A program made the translations under genes and the position numbers. 64,000 bases of DNA from an uncultured Actinomycetota bacterium (GTDB lineage: Bacteria; Actinomycetota; Actinomycetes; Propionibacteriales; Nocardioidaceae). Below, piece by piece: positions 26,813-37,426 of this stretch. Below the pieces are notes generated by a model that ran no database searches, was not told the origin of the DNA, and saw nothing but the letters and a program-made list of their open reading frames with translations. Positions within the stretch are counted from its first letter, which is position 1, and each line of letters begins with the position of its first letter. Location: contig CAWKEX010000006.1 of assembly GCA_963848795.1 (NCBI GenBank), positions 30,340 to 94,339 on the forward strand, read 5' to 3'.

Positions 26813-26827
26813 CTCGCGAGGAGAGAC

Positions 26828-27178
26828 ATGAGCAACGTCATTGCCGATCTCGGCAGCTCGATCAAGCGCGACGACGTCCCCGACTTCCGCGCCGGCGACA
26901 CCATCAAGGTCCACGTGAAGGTCGTCGAGGGCAACCGCTCCCGGGTCCAGATCTTCCAGGGCGTCGTCATCCGCATCCACGGCTCCGGTGTCGGCCGCAC
27001 GTTCACGGTCCGCAAGGTCTCCTTCGGCGTCGGCGTCGAGCGCACCTTCCCGCTGAACTCCCCGATCTTCGAGAAGATCGAGGTCGTCACCCGCGGCGAC
27101 GTACGCCGCGCGAAGCTCTACTACCTGCGCAACCTCCGCGGCAAGGCCGCCAAGATCAAGGAGCGGCGCGAGGCCTGA
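26828..27178 (+). CDS. rplS: 50S ribosomal protein L19
   Basis: [28 protein letters not shown]...[12 protein letters not shown]. Confidence 0.98.
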   Translation: MSNVIADLGSSIKRDDVPDFRAGDTIKVHVKVVEGNRSRVQIFQGVVIRIHGSGVGRTFTVRKVSFGVGVERTFPLNSPIFEKIEVVTRGDVRRAKLYYLRNLRGKAAKIKERREA

Positions 27179-27214
27179 GCCGGATCTCAGCCAGCGCATC
27201 GTTACGCTCTCAGC

Positions 27215-28002
27215 GTGACCTCCGAAGACCGCGACCAGTCGACCGCCGTCGCGCACGACGAGCCTGATCGGGCCGGGTCGCGGTCCTCGCACACGCCGAA
27301 GAAGAAGCACCTTCCCCTGTGGCAGGAGACCATCCTGCTGCTGGGGATCGCGCTGCTGCTCGCGGTCGTCATCAAGGCCCTGTTCGTGCAGGCCTTCTAC
27401 ATCCCCTCGGAGTCGATGGAGCCGGGGCTGGTCCGCAACGACCGGATCCTCGTCCAGAAGATGTCCTACTGGTTCGGCGGATACCCCCGAGCGCGGCGAC
27501 GTCGTGGTGTTCAAGGACCCGGGCGGCTGGCTCAACGCCGGCTCGGACGTCGGCCCCGCGAACCCGGTGGCGGAGGTGATGGCCAAGATCGGCCTCTACC
27601 CGCAGGGCGGGCACCTGGTGAAGCGGGTGATCGGCGTCGAGGGCGACGTCATCGTCTGCTGCGACAAGCGGGGGCGGATCTCGGTCAACGGCACGCCCCT
27701 CAACGAGGGCCTCTACGCCAAGGACGAGGCGGGCGTCGACTGCCGCGGCCCGATGCCGCCGGCGGCTGCGACTGGAAGGCCGGGCCGGTCCCGGAGGGCC
27801 ACATCTTCGTGATGGGGGACAACCGCAACCACTCCGCCGACTCCACGGTCCACCTGTGCAACAAGGCGACCGACTGCGCCGACAACCCCTACGTCCCGGT
27901 CGACCTCGTCGTCGGCAAGGTCTTCGTCCTGCTCTGGCCGGCCGACCACTTCCGGTGGGTCAGAGGCCCGACACCTTCGCCGACGTCTCGGCCGCCTCCT
28001 GA
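27215..28002 (+). CDS. lepB: signal peptidase I; frameshifted
   Basis: FYIPSESMEP (catalytic Ser), LVKRVIG (catalytic Lys), FVMGDNRNHSADS. Confidence 0.92.
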
Positions 28003-28030
28003 GCGGTGGTGGACCGGTGAGTGCCCAGAC

Positions 28031-28794
28031 ATGAGTGACCTGCCCCGAGGTTCGACCGTCCGCCGTGACGCCGGGCTCTACGGCTACGAGCGTGCCCTGC
28101 GCCGCGCCGGCATCGACCCCATCGCCGGGGTCGACGAGGCCGGCCGGGGAGCCTGCGCCGGCCCGCTGGTCGCCGGCGCCGCGATCCTCCCGGCCGGGAA
28201 GGCGGGCATCGTCCCGGGGCTGGCCGACTCCAAGCTGCTCACCGAGAAGGCGCGCGAGCGCTGCTACGACCACATCGTGCGGCGGGCGCTGGCCTGGTCG
28301 GTGGTGGTGATCGAGTCCGAGGAGTGCGACCGGCTGGGCATGCACGTCGCCAACGTCGAGGCGCTGCGGCGCGCCGTGGCCCTGCTGGAGCTGCCGCCGG
28401 CGTACGTGCTCACCGACGGCTTCCCCGTGGACGGGCTCGGTGTCCCCGGGCTGGCGGTCTGGAAGGGCGACCGCGTCGCCGCGTGCATCGCGGCCGCGTC
28501 GGTCCTGGCCAAGGTCACCCGGGACCGGATCATGGTCGGACCTCGACGCCGACTGGCCGGCGTACGACTTCAAGACGCACAAGGGCTACATCACCGATGC
28601 CCACGCGGCCGCCCTCACCGAGCACGGGCCGTCGCCGGTGCACCGGTGGCGTTTCATCAACGTCCGGCGGGCCGCCGGGCTCGAGGCGCTCCCCGCCGGG
28701 GAGAATGAAGTGGCCGTCGACGCAGAGGAGCACAGCCATGAACACCCCAGACAAATGCTCACTTCGTTCCGCTTTGTCCGGGGACCCCGCATGA
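28031..28794 (+). CDS. rnhB: ribonuclease HII; frameshifted, 3' end approximate
   Basis: [53 protein letters not shown]. Confidence 0.93.
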
Positions 28795-29099
28795 GTGCCG
28801 AGGATCTCGAGAAGTACGAGACCGAGATGGAGCTGACCCTCTACCGCGAGTACCGCGACGTCGTCGGGATCTTCAAGTACGTCGTCGAGACCGACCGCCG
28901 CTTCTACCTCTGCAACCAGGTCGACGTGAAGGCGCGCACCGAGGCGGGCGACGTGTTCTTCGAGGTGTCCATGACCGACGCCTGGGTGTGGGACATGTAC
29001 CGGCCGGCCCGGTTCGCCAAGAACGTCAAGGTGCTGACCTTCAAGGACGTGAACGTCGAGGAGCTGAGCCCGTCCGACATCGATCCGCCGAAGGGCTGA
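28791..29099 (+). CDS. DUF2469 family protein
   Basis: [25 protein letters not shown]...[13 protein letters not shown]; usual position after rnhB. Confidence 0.92.
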   Translation: MSAEDLEKYETEMELTLYREYRDVVGIFKYVVETDRRFYLCNQVDVKARTEAGDVFFEVSMTDAWVWDMYRPARFAKNVKVLTFKDVNVEELSPSDIDPPKG

Positions 29100-29234
29100 A
29101 CAGCCTGCCCGCGCCGGATTAAAGAAACTCTCAAGGCACGCCGGGTTTGGGCGATCCTCTGACAAGGCAAAGACACGCCCATACGATTCAAGCGTTATCC
29201 GTTCGTGTTCTCGTGGTCGAAGGGTGGGGGGTAC

Positions 29235-29681
29235 ATGTATTGGATCCCTCGCGCGCTCCGACGGCGCACCGAGCGCGGTGCCGCGGCCGTCGAGTTCGCC
29301 CTCATCTGCATCCCGTTCATCGTCCTGATCTTCGGGCTGATCCAGTACGGCTGGTACTTCTACGTCTCCTCGACCACCAGCGGAGCGGCGAGCAACGTGA
29401 CCCGGCGGCTCGAGGTCGGCGACTGCTGGACGGGGACGCAGGCTGAGGATCTCGCCCAGAAGGAGTCGCCCTACATTCCCGACGGCGGCCTGACCATCAC
29501 CGACTCGGCTGGGAACCCGGTCACGCTGGCCGGGGCGACGGCGGGAGTGACCCAGATCAGGGTGACGGTCAATGCCGACGCCAACATCGTGGGCTTCCTC
29601 CCCGTGCCGAACGCCGGCATCGTGACCCGCACCGTCCAGGCCCGGCTCGAGGACAAGGTGGAGGGGGCATCATGCCTCTGA
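29235..29681 (+). CDS. TadE-like pseudopilin
   Basis: Prepilin-type cleavage motif RRRTERG/AAAVEFALI followed by a hydrophobic helix. Confidence 0.88.
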   Translation: MYWIPRALRRRTERGAAAVEFALICIPFIVLIFGLIQYGWYFYVSSTTSGAASNVTRRLEVGDCWTGTQAEDLAQKESPYIPDGGLTITDSAGNPVTLAGATAGVTQIRVTVNADANIVGFLPVPNAGIVTRTVQARLEDKVEGASCL

Positions 29682-31530
29682 AGCGCCGGAGCAGGGACGA
29701 GTCCGGCGCGGCAGCCGTGCTCTTCGCGGTGCTGTCGGTGGTCCTCCTGGGCATTGCCGCACTCGGCACCGATATCGGCAACATGGTCTCCCGACGGACC
29801 GAGACCCAGGCATCGGCCGACTTCGCGGCCTTCGCCGCCGCGCAGGAGCTGAACAAGACGGCGAAGGCCGGCGAAACCCCCTCGACCGACGTCGTCACGG
29901 CGGTGCGCGACTACCTCAACCACAACCAGGCCCAGGACGACGAGCTGGCCTGCGCGCAGACCGAGCCGGGGACCTGCGTGACGTCGGCGGAGCTGACCGA
30001 CCTCGACCTCACCAACGGCGAAGTGCGCTACGTCGCCGCCGGGCTGCAAGTCGTGGCGCCCAAGACTCGCGTCGACTTCGGCATGGCCAGCATCTTCGGC
30101 AACCACGGCGCGTACGTCGACGCCGCGGCCACGATCAACGTGTTCAGCGGCGGGCAACGCGTGATGCCGATGTTCGCGGTCAGCGCCTGCGACTACGGAC
30201 GACAGACCCTGACCGACCCGGCCGGCGGTCACGTGACTCCCGTGGTGCCGACCCTCGCCCACGCCACAGACACCAACACCACGGACCTCGCGTCGGCGAC
30301 CCTGACGAACTCTTCCGGCACCACGGTCACCGAGCTCCCGCGCGACTCCACCGGCAACAGCATCAGCCTGACCGCCTCGAAGTGGGAGAAGACGCAGGTC
30401 GATCGGCTTCTTCCGCGAGCGACAACTCCGACCCGACGCCTGGTCGTGCGACAGGACTACTTCTGGTCGCCTCCAGCGACGACCCCGACGGCTCCGACGC
30501 CGACTCCGCTCCGCGGACCGACCTCTCCCCGGACAGCGCGCCTCCGGCGGACTTCGCCGACCGGTACACCAACAATCCCTCGGCGACGGTCAAGGCGATG
30601 ATCCCCGACATCGTCGCCCAGACCGAGGGGGTCTGGTGGGTCCGGGTGCTCAACGGTCCCCGCCACCGGCACGTGGTCGCCCACCGCCGAGGCGCTTCCG
30701 ATCCGCGTCGGCGGCGCGGTGCTCGAGTGCACCGCCGGTTCCACCGACGGAAACTTCGGGACGCTGCGGCTTCCCCGCACCGACGTACCCACCGGCTCGG
30801 AGCTGCCGGTGAACATCGCGGTCGGGCTCCAGCAGCCGCTGACCCCGGCCATCCACCAGTGGGCCGTGGACAACCCCACCCTGGCCGGCACCTGTTCCGA
30901 CGGGGTGAACGGCGCCGTCGAGTCCTCCGGGACGAACCTGCGGCCCGCGACGAACTGCGTGGACACCGACACCGGCCTCGCCGCCAACGTGGCGACCCAG
31001 GGCATGATCACCGGCGCGGGCGGGCATCCCGGCGTGCTGACCACCCGGCCGACCAAGACCGGGTGCGACCCTGCCGGCGGCTCGAGCGACCGCACCAAGC
31101 GCATCAGCGGTCGCGACTACAGCTTCAACGACGACGTGCTCACCTGCTACCTGACCAACGGCACGACCTCGCTCGCGGACATCGCCAGCCCCACCTACGC
31201 GGGTCCGCCGGTCCTCGACGTGGACATCTACTCGGCACCGCGCTTCATCTGGATCCCGGTGCTGAAGGTCCAGCCGACCAGCGGTGGCTCCCAGCGGTAC
31301 AGCATCTATGACTTCCGGCCGGGCTTCATCACCGACGAGCAGGCGACTGTCGACGGCGATCCGCGGCAGCCGGACGGCCACGGCCGACAACGGCCTGACC
31401 ATCCCGAGCAACGACATCACCCAGATCAAGGTCGTGTTCTTCAACGTCAAGGCCCTCCCGACCGACGGCGACTTCCCCACCATCGACTTCCTCGGGGTCG
31501 GCACTCCCGAAGATCAAGCTGGTCGACTGA
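29672..31530 (+). CDS. TadG-like pilus-associated protein (~620 aa, Cys/Thr-rich); frameshifted
   Basis: RDESG/AAAVLFAVLSVVLLGIAALGTDIG...QASADFAAFAAA N-terminus; GNFGTL, NCVDTDTG, SAPRFIWIPV; ends IKLVD. Confidence 0.82.
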
Positions 31531-31547
31531 CCTTCGCGCCACCTGCC

Positions 31548-31628
31548 GTCCACAGCGCACCCTTCTGACCCGCTCCTCCACAGGCACCGTCGTCGTGCCG
31601 CTCGACCGTCCCCGCCTCCAGCCACGCT
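31548..31628 (+). promoter_or_regulatory. putative yraN-comM-dprA promoter with paired TCCACAG boxes
   Basis: GTCCACAG 31548-31555, CTCCACAG 31576-31583, 39 nt, -10-like CACGCT 31623-31628, then AGGAGG RBS. Confidence 0.55.
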
Positions 31629-31677
31629 GGCGGCGAGGAGGTCGGGATGACGAGATCGGCAACGGCGGCACGACGGC

Positions 31678-32022
31678 ATGGCGCTCGGCGCGTACGGCGA
31701 GCGCGTGGCCGCGCGACACCTGGTGGCGCAGGGCATGGTGCTGCTCGACCGCAACTGGCGTTGCGACGAGGGCGAGCTCGACCTCGTGCTGCGCGACGGG
31801 CCGGCGCTGGTCGGCTGCGAGGTCAAGACCCGCACCAGCCTCGCCCACGGCTCGCCCCACGAAGCGGTCACCGACGCCAAGCTGGCCCGGCTCAGGAGGC
31901 TGGTGCAGCGCTGGGTCGGCGACCACGGCGTTCACCCTCCCGAGACCCGGGTCGACCTCGTCGCGGTGCTGCGCCCATCGAGGGGCCGGGCGCTGGTCGA
32001 ACACGTGCGGGGGATCGGCTGA
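31678..32022 (+). CDS. yraN: YraN family nuclease (true start may be 31647)
   Basis: LGAYGERVAA, LDRNWRCDEGELDLV, CEVKTR, EAVT, RVDLVAV. Confidence 0.92.
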   Translation: MALGAYGERVAARHLVAQGMVLLDRNWRCDEGELDLVLRDGPALVGCEVKTRTSLAHGSPHEAVTDAKLARLRRLVQRWVGDHGVHPPETRVDLVAVLRPSRGRALVEHVRGIG

Positions 32023-33612
32023 TGCCCGTCGCGTCCACGCCCACGATCGCGCTCGACGGCGCCGTCGGCCACCTTGTCGACGTGCAGGCCGACGTCTCGC
32101 AGGGTCAGGCGGGGCTCACGATGGTCGGCCGCTCCGACGTCTCGCTCAACGAGGCGCCCCATCGCTGCCGGATGGCGATCCACAACACCAACCTCGTACT
32201 GGCCGACGAGCCGCAGGATCACGATCCTGCTCTCACCGTCCGACCTCCCCAAGCGCGGCACCCACTTCGATCTGGCCATCGCCCTGGCCGTGCTCAAGGC
32301 GGACGCGCAGCTGCCGACCGCCGACCTGGGTGCCTCGGTCTTCATCGGCGAGCTCACCCTCAGCGGCGGGCTCCGCTCGGTTCCCGGCGTGCTGCCGATG
32401 GTGCTGGCGGCCGCTCAGCGCGGGATCCGCCGGGTATTCGTCCCCGAGCCGCAGGCCCACGAGGCCGCGATGGTTCCCGGCATGACCGTGTTCGGCGTGC
32501 GCTCGCTTGGTCAGGTCGTCGCCGAGCTGTCCGGCGAGGAGGTGCCCGACGCGCCTCCGGTGGCGCCGATGTCCGGTGGCCGGCTGCTGTCCTGGCGCGG
32601 TGAGGAGCGCCTCGACGAGGTGGACCTGGCCGACGTGCTCGGTCTGGAGGAGGCCCGCTACGCCGTCGAGGTCGCTGCCGCCGGGGGACACCACCTCCTC
32701 CTTTCCGGCCCCAAGGGCTGTGGCAAGACCACGCTCGCCGAGCGGATCCCCGGCGTCCTCCCCGACCTGACCATCCAGGAGTCGATCGAGGTCACCGCCC
32801 TCCACTCGCTGGCGGGGGCACTCGGGGAGGGCGACGGCCTGATCCGGCGCCCTCCCTTCTCGGCGCCCCACCACGACGCGAGCAAGGCGAGCATCCTCGG
32901 CGGCGGCAGCGGCCGCGTCCGGCCCGGTGAGGTCAGCCGCGCACACTGCGGGGTGCTGCTGCTCGACGAGTTCCCCCTGCTGCGTACCGACGTGATCGAC
33001 GCCCTGCGCCAACCCCTCGAGAGCGGCGAGGTGACGATCGCCCGCGGTGAGGAGTCGGTCACCTATCCGGCGCGGGGGATGGTCGCATTCGCGGCCAACC
33101 CCTGCCCCTGCGGCGACTACCGGGCCGATGCCCGGGACAACCGCTGCACGTGCCAGGAGAAGCAGCGGCGTGACTACCTCCGACGCGTTCGCGGTCCGAT
33201 CACCGACCGGATCGACATCACCCGACACCTGCTACCGCTCCGGCCGCACGAAGAGCGCGACCGGTGGTCGGTCCCCGAGACCTCGGCGACGGTGCGCGAG
33301 CGGGTGGTCGCGGCCCGAGCACGACAGGCCGCGCGCTACCTCGATCGCGGCTGGCGTCTCAACGCACATGTCCCTGGGCCCACCCTGCTCAGGGAGTGGC
33401 CGCTCTCGTCGGCGGCGCAACGCGTCGTCGACGACGCGATGTACAAGGGCGAGCTGAGTCGCCGCGGCGCCACCCGGGTCCAGCGGCTCGCCTGGACCGT
33501 CGCCGACCTCGCCGGAGCTGACGCGCCGTCGGTCGAGCACGTCCGGACCGCTGTGGCGTTGCGGCTGGGGGAGCCCTTGCTCACCGCCGCCATCCGGAGG
33601 GCGGTCTCATGA
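32022..33612 (+). CDS. comM: ComM/YifB Mg-chelatase-like AAA+ ATPase; one frameshift near 32197
   Basis: LSPSDLPKRGTHFDLAIA, GHHLLLSGPKGCGKT, PFSAPHH, RPGEVSRAHCGVLLLDEF, NPCPCG, GPITDRID. Confidence 0.93.
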
Positions 33613-34736
33613 CCGATGAGCGGTTGGCGAGGGCGGCCCTCACCCGGCTCACGGAGCCGGCCGACCTCAGGGTCGCGCGTGCTCTCGCCGAGGTCGGGGC
33701 GGTGCGCCTCTACGAGGAGATCGTGGACCACCGGGCCCAGGACGGCCTCGGACCCGACGCGGCCGTGAGGCTGGCCGGCGTCGATCCCGCCCGCGAGCTG
33801 GAGCAGGCCGAGGGTCGCGGCATCCGGTTCGTCATTCCGGGGGACGCCGAATGGCCGACCCAGCTCGACGACCTGGCCCACTCTGAGCCGGTTTCGGAGC
33901 TCGGCGGGGTGCCGATCGGGCTGTGGGTCCGAGGTCCGGTCCGGCTCGACCACGTGGCGGACTCGACAGCGATCGTGGGATCTCGCACCTCGACGACCTA
34001 TGGGGAGCACGTCGCCCGTGAGGTTGCCGCCGGCGTGGCTCGAGCCGGGCACTGCGTGGTGTCGGGCGCGGCGTTCGGCATCGACCAGGCAGCCCACCGT
34101 GGTGCCCTCGCCCTCGACCGGCCGTCCCTCGCGGTGCTCGCGTGCAGCGTGGATCGCCCCTATCCCGCCGCTCATCGAAGTCTGATCGAGCACATGGCGC
34201 AGGTGGGTGCGGTCGTGTCTGAGCTCCCCCTGGGCTGTGCCCCGCTGAAGGTGCGATTCCTGGCGCGCAATCGGCTGATCGCAGGGCTCACACGGGGCAC
34301 CGTGCTGGTCGAGGCGGCGATCCGCAGTGGCGCCCTCAACACAGCCGGGTGGGCCGAGAGCCTGTCCCGACCGGTGATGGGGGTGCCGGGTGCCGTCACC
34401 AGCGCGCAGTCCCAGGGTGTCCACCACTGGATCCGACGGGGCGCCGCCAGCCTGGTGACCGGCCCCGACGACGTCCTGGAGGTGATCGGTGGCATGGGCG
34501 ATCACCTTCTTCAACCTCCGCGCGAAGCCGAGCGACCGCGCGATCGCCTCACCCGCCGTCACCATCGGGTGCTGGAGGCGGTGCCGGTGCATCAGCCCGC
34601 GGCACTGGCATCGATCGCAGCCACGGCAGGCGTCGGACTGCTGGAGGTGCAGACGGCGCTGAACTACCTGTCCGCGCGGGGGTTCGTGGTCAGGGCTGGA
34701 GCCGGCTGGCGGCTCGCCGAGGCGGCGCGGCCATGA
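33609..34736 (+). CDS. dprA: DNA-processing protein DprA
   Basis: AIVGSRTSTTYG, VVSGAAFGIDQAAHRGAL, RFLARNRLIAGL, VEAAIRSGALNTA, C-terminal winged helix. Confidence 0.95.
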   Translation: MTDERLARAALTRLTEPADLRVARALAEVGAVRLYEEIVDHRAQDGLGPDAAVRLAGVDPARELEQAEGRGIRFVIPGDAEWPTQLDDLAHSEPVSELGGVPIGLWVRGPVRLDHVADSTAIVGSRTSTTYGEHVAREVAAGVARAGHCVVSGAAFGIDQAAHRGALALDRPSLAVLACSVDRPYPAAHRSLIEHMAQVGAVVSELPLGCAPLKVRFLARNRLIAGLTRGTVLVEAAIRSGALNTAGWAESLSRPVMGVPGAVTSAQSQGVHHWIRRGAASLVTGPDDVLEVIGGMGDHLLQPPREAERPRDRLTRRHHRVLEAVPVHQPAALASIAATAGVGLLEVQTALNYLSARGFVVRAGAGWRLAEAARP

Positions 34737-34775
34737 TCCCCGAACCAGGGAGGTGGGGCTCCTAGACTCGCCGCC

Positions 34776-35723
34776 ATGACCGAGCGGAGCGCGGACCCGC
34801 CGGAGCCAGGGCTCCCGGAGGCGTTCGCGCGCGTGCTCGGCGACTACGAACGGCACCTGACCGCGGAGCGGGACCTGACCGCGCACACCGTCCGCGCCTA
34901 CGTCGCCGACGTGGCCGGGCTCCTCGAGCACGCCCGCCGGCTCGGCCACGACGACGTGTCCGCGCTGGACCTACGGACGCTGCGCAGCTGGCTCGCCAAC
35001 CAGCAGACCATGGGCAAGTCCCGCACCACGCTGGCCCGTCGGGCCACCGCGGCCCGGGTCTTCACCGCCTGGCTGGCGCGCACCGGCCGGGTCGAGGTGG
35101 ACCCCGGTGCCAGCCTCGCCTCGCCGAAGGCCCACCGGTCGTTGCCTCCGGTCCTGCGGTCCGACGAGGCGCGAGACCTGATCCAGGCGGCCGCGGAGCT
35201 GGCCGACGACGGCAGTCCGACCGGGCTACGAGACGTGGCCATGCTGGAGCTGCTGTACGCCACCGGGATCCGGGTCGGCGAGCTCGTCGGCCTCGACGTC
35301 GACGACCTGGACCGGGAGCGTCTCGTCGTCCGGGTCTTCGGGAAGGGCCGCAAGGAGCGGTCGGTGCCCTACGGGCACCCGGCCGCACAGGCGCTCGAGC
35401 ACTGGCTGTCCGCGGGTCGTCCGCAGCTGCGCGTCGACGGTGCGGGTGGGGCGCTGTTCCTCGGAGCGCGGGGGAGGCGCATCGACCAGCGCGCGGTGCG
35501 CACCCTGGTCCACCGCCGGATCGCGGACGTGCCGGGGGCGCCCGACATCGGGCCGCACGGACTGCGCCACACCGCGGCCACGCACCTGCTGGAGGGGGGC
35601 GCCGACCTGCGGTCGGTCCAGGAGCTCCTCGGCCACGCGTCCCTGGCGACGACCCAGCTCTACACCCACGTCACGACCGACCGGCTTCGCCGCGCCTACC
35701 GGCAGGCGCACCCTCGGGCGTGA
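34776..35723 (+). CDS. xerC: tyrosine recombinase XerC
   Basis: HTVRAY, LYATGIRVGEL, GKGRKER, PHGLRHTAATHLL, LLGHASLATTQLYTH; canonical position after dprA. Confidence 0.93.
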   Translation: MTERSADPPEPGLPEAFARVLGDYERHLTAERDLTAHTVRAYVADVAGLLEHARRLGHDDVSALDLRTLRSWLANQQTMGKSRTTLARRATAARVFTAWLARTGRVEVDPGASLASPKAHRSLPPVLRSDEARDLIQAAAELADDGSPTGLRDVAMLELLYATGIRVGELVGLDVDDLDRERLVVRVFGKGRKERSVPYGHPAAQALEHWLSAGRPQLRVDGAGGALFLGARGRRIDQRAVRTLVHRRIADVPGAPDIGPHGLRHTAATHLLEGGADLRSVQELLGHASLATTQLYTHVTTDRLRRAYRQAHPRA

Positions 35724-35727
35724 GCGA

Positions 35728-36118
35728 TCAGACCGGTGAGATCGATGCCAGCCCGACGCTCGCCGCAGCCTCGATCAGGGGCCGGTCATAGGCGATCAGC
35801 ACGTCGGCCTCGGCGCGCATGGCGGTGATCAGGTGCAGGGCCTCGAGGCTGCGCAGGCCCCGGACCGGAAGCAGACCCGCCATCGCGAAGTGCGACCGGA
35901 CCGGGTCGATCAGGTTGACTCCGGCGAGGATGCTGGTCGCGAGGATCTGTGGCGCGCCGCGCTCCGCCGCGATCCGTCGCAGCTCGGTCTCGATCATGAC
36001 GCTGGAGACGATCGTGGCGTGCTGCGACATCTCGTCGAGGTAGAACTGGAGGGTGCCGGTCTCGGGGTGCTCGACGCAGAAGTCGGAGCGCCGCCGAGGT
36101 GTCGAGGTAGAGGATCAC
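35728..36118 (-). CDS. vapC: VapC PIN-domain toxin; frameshift near N-terminus
   Basis: MILYLDTSAALRLL, IETELRR, LRSLEALHL, AYDRPL. Confidence 0.85.
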
Positions 36119-36374
36119 ACCCGGGGCTCGCGCAGCTCGTCGGAGCAGCTCGGGGGCCGGCTCCCGTCATCGACGGTTCAGCCTTGATCGGCGTGATCTC
36201 GGTCCACCCTCCGTGCCGGGTCGCGGGACGGATCCGGAGCGTCGTCGCCACCGGTGGGGACAGGATCGCGACCACCTCGCCGTTGTTGGTGATCTCGTAC
36301 GTCGCGCCTGCGGCGACCTCGCGCAAGATCTGGGAGCTGTTGCTCCGAAGTTCACGGTGTGGAATCCGCTCCAT
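36115..36374 (-). CDS. Phd/YefM-family antitoxin; 3' end frameshifted
   Basis: MERIPHRELRSNSSQILREVAAGATYEITNNGEVVAIL; directly upstream of vapC. Confidence 0.85.
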
Positions 36375-36419
36375 CAGACATTCCTCCCCCGAAGAATCCG
36401 CCCGCTTTCAACAATCGTA

Positions 36420-37026
36420 TCAACGCTGGGCGCCACTGGGAGTAGCGTCGGCGAGAGTGGTCTCGGGGAGTCCGGAGCGGTTGCCGACAGCGGCTGCGTC
36501 GCGCCAGAGGGGGAGCAGCCGGACGGGGCCAGCGCCGACCAGGTCGAGAGGGTCGAGATAGGTCTCGCCGCGCAGCCAGCCCCAGTGGAGGCAGGCACGG
36601 GGGAAGCAGTGCGAGCCGAACGCCTCCAGCCGCCCGAGCCGGCCTCCGGCGGCCACGGTGTCGCCCACCGAGACGTCGGCGGAGACCGGCTCGTAGGTCG
36701 TGCGGGTGTCGCCGTGGGAGACCACCACGACGCCACGCCCGGCGAGCATCCCGGCGAAGGTCACCCGCCCCGGCAGGGCAGCGCGCACCGGCTGCCCCGC
36801 CGAGCCGAGCAGGTCGACGCCCCGGTGTCCCGATCCCCACGGATCGAGCGGAGGATCGAAACCGGCGACCACCTCGGGGCTTGGTCGCAGGGGCCACACG
36901 CCGACCGGATCCGACGTCCCCGGGGGTGCCGAGCGCCGGCGCCGGCACGAGGGCCGGCACCACGCTCAGGACGACGACCAGCACCAGCCCGGGGACGCGG
37001 GTCGGGACGGCGGTGAGCAGTGACAT
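36420..37026 (-). CDS. secreted M23-family peptidase-like protein; frameshifted
   Basis: Signal-like N-terminus; WPL, GHRGVDL, VSHGDTRTTYEPV, CLHWG, YLDPL. Confidence 0.85.
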
Positions 37027-37033
37027 GGCCTCG

Positions 37034-37114
37034 AGCCTGCCCGCCCCGGCCGCGACGTGGGGCGAGGTCGATGCCAGGCTGTGGACAACCTGTGCGGGAG
37101 CGGTGCGTGTGGAG
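37034..37114 (-). promoter_or_regulatory. putative M23-gene promoter with paired TCCACA boxes
   Basis: Minus strand: CTCCACAC 37114-37107, GTCCACAG 37086-37079 (within DnaA-box-like TTGTCCACA), 39 nt, -10-like CAGGCT 37039-37034, ATG 7 nt later (leaderless). Confidence 0.55.
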
Positions 37115-37426
37115 GCCAGGTGGCCTCGCCGTACCGCCGATTGGCGAGCGTGACCGGCGCTCGACTACGCTGTCGCCAGCAATCCACCCGGATTGACTTC
37201 GCACGCTTGCAGACCGCGGACCGAGCCGCTCCGGCCCGGACCGCCCCGCGGGCGCTGGTCCATCAGGTCCCGATCCCCGGATCGGGTGGGATCCACGCGC
37301 GAGCGTCAGGGCAGCCGACACCCGTCGGCTGCGACAACCGAAAGAACAACGGAGTGCGCGACCGGCCGGCCCTGGTTCAAGGGCGGCGACAACGGCCTGC
37401 GGCTCCACAACAGGAGATCAGATCCC

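Noticed and set aside
27215-28708. Apparent LepB-RnhB fusion ORF
   Set aside because: The middle of this ORF is off-frame sequence; the LepB catalytic Lys region is in a different frame.
28440-29099. Apparent RNase HII-DUF2469 fusion
   Set aside because: DUF2469 has its own canonical MSAEDLE start at 28791 with an ATGA overlap; an indel is the simpler explanation and cannot be excluded.
29119-29186. TAAAG-n6-TCAAG and GACAC motifs upstream of tadE as regulator sites
   Set aside because: Single short degenerate occurrences; cannot be distinguished from chance without orthologous sequences.
34776-35723. Tyrosine recombinase as a prophage or island integrase
   Set aside because: Sequence and position after dprA match housekeeping XerC; no att repeats, tRNA or phage genes are nearby.
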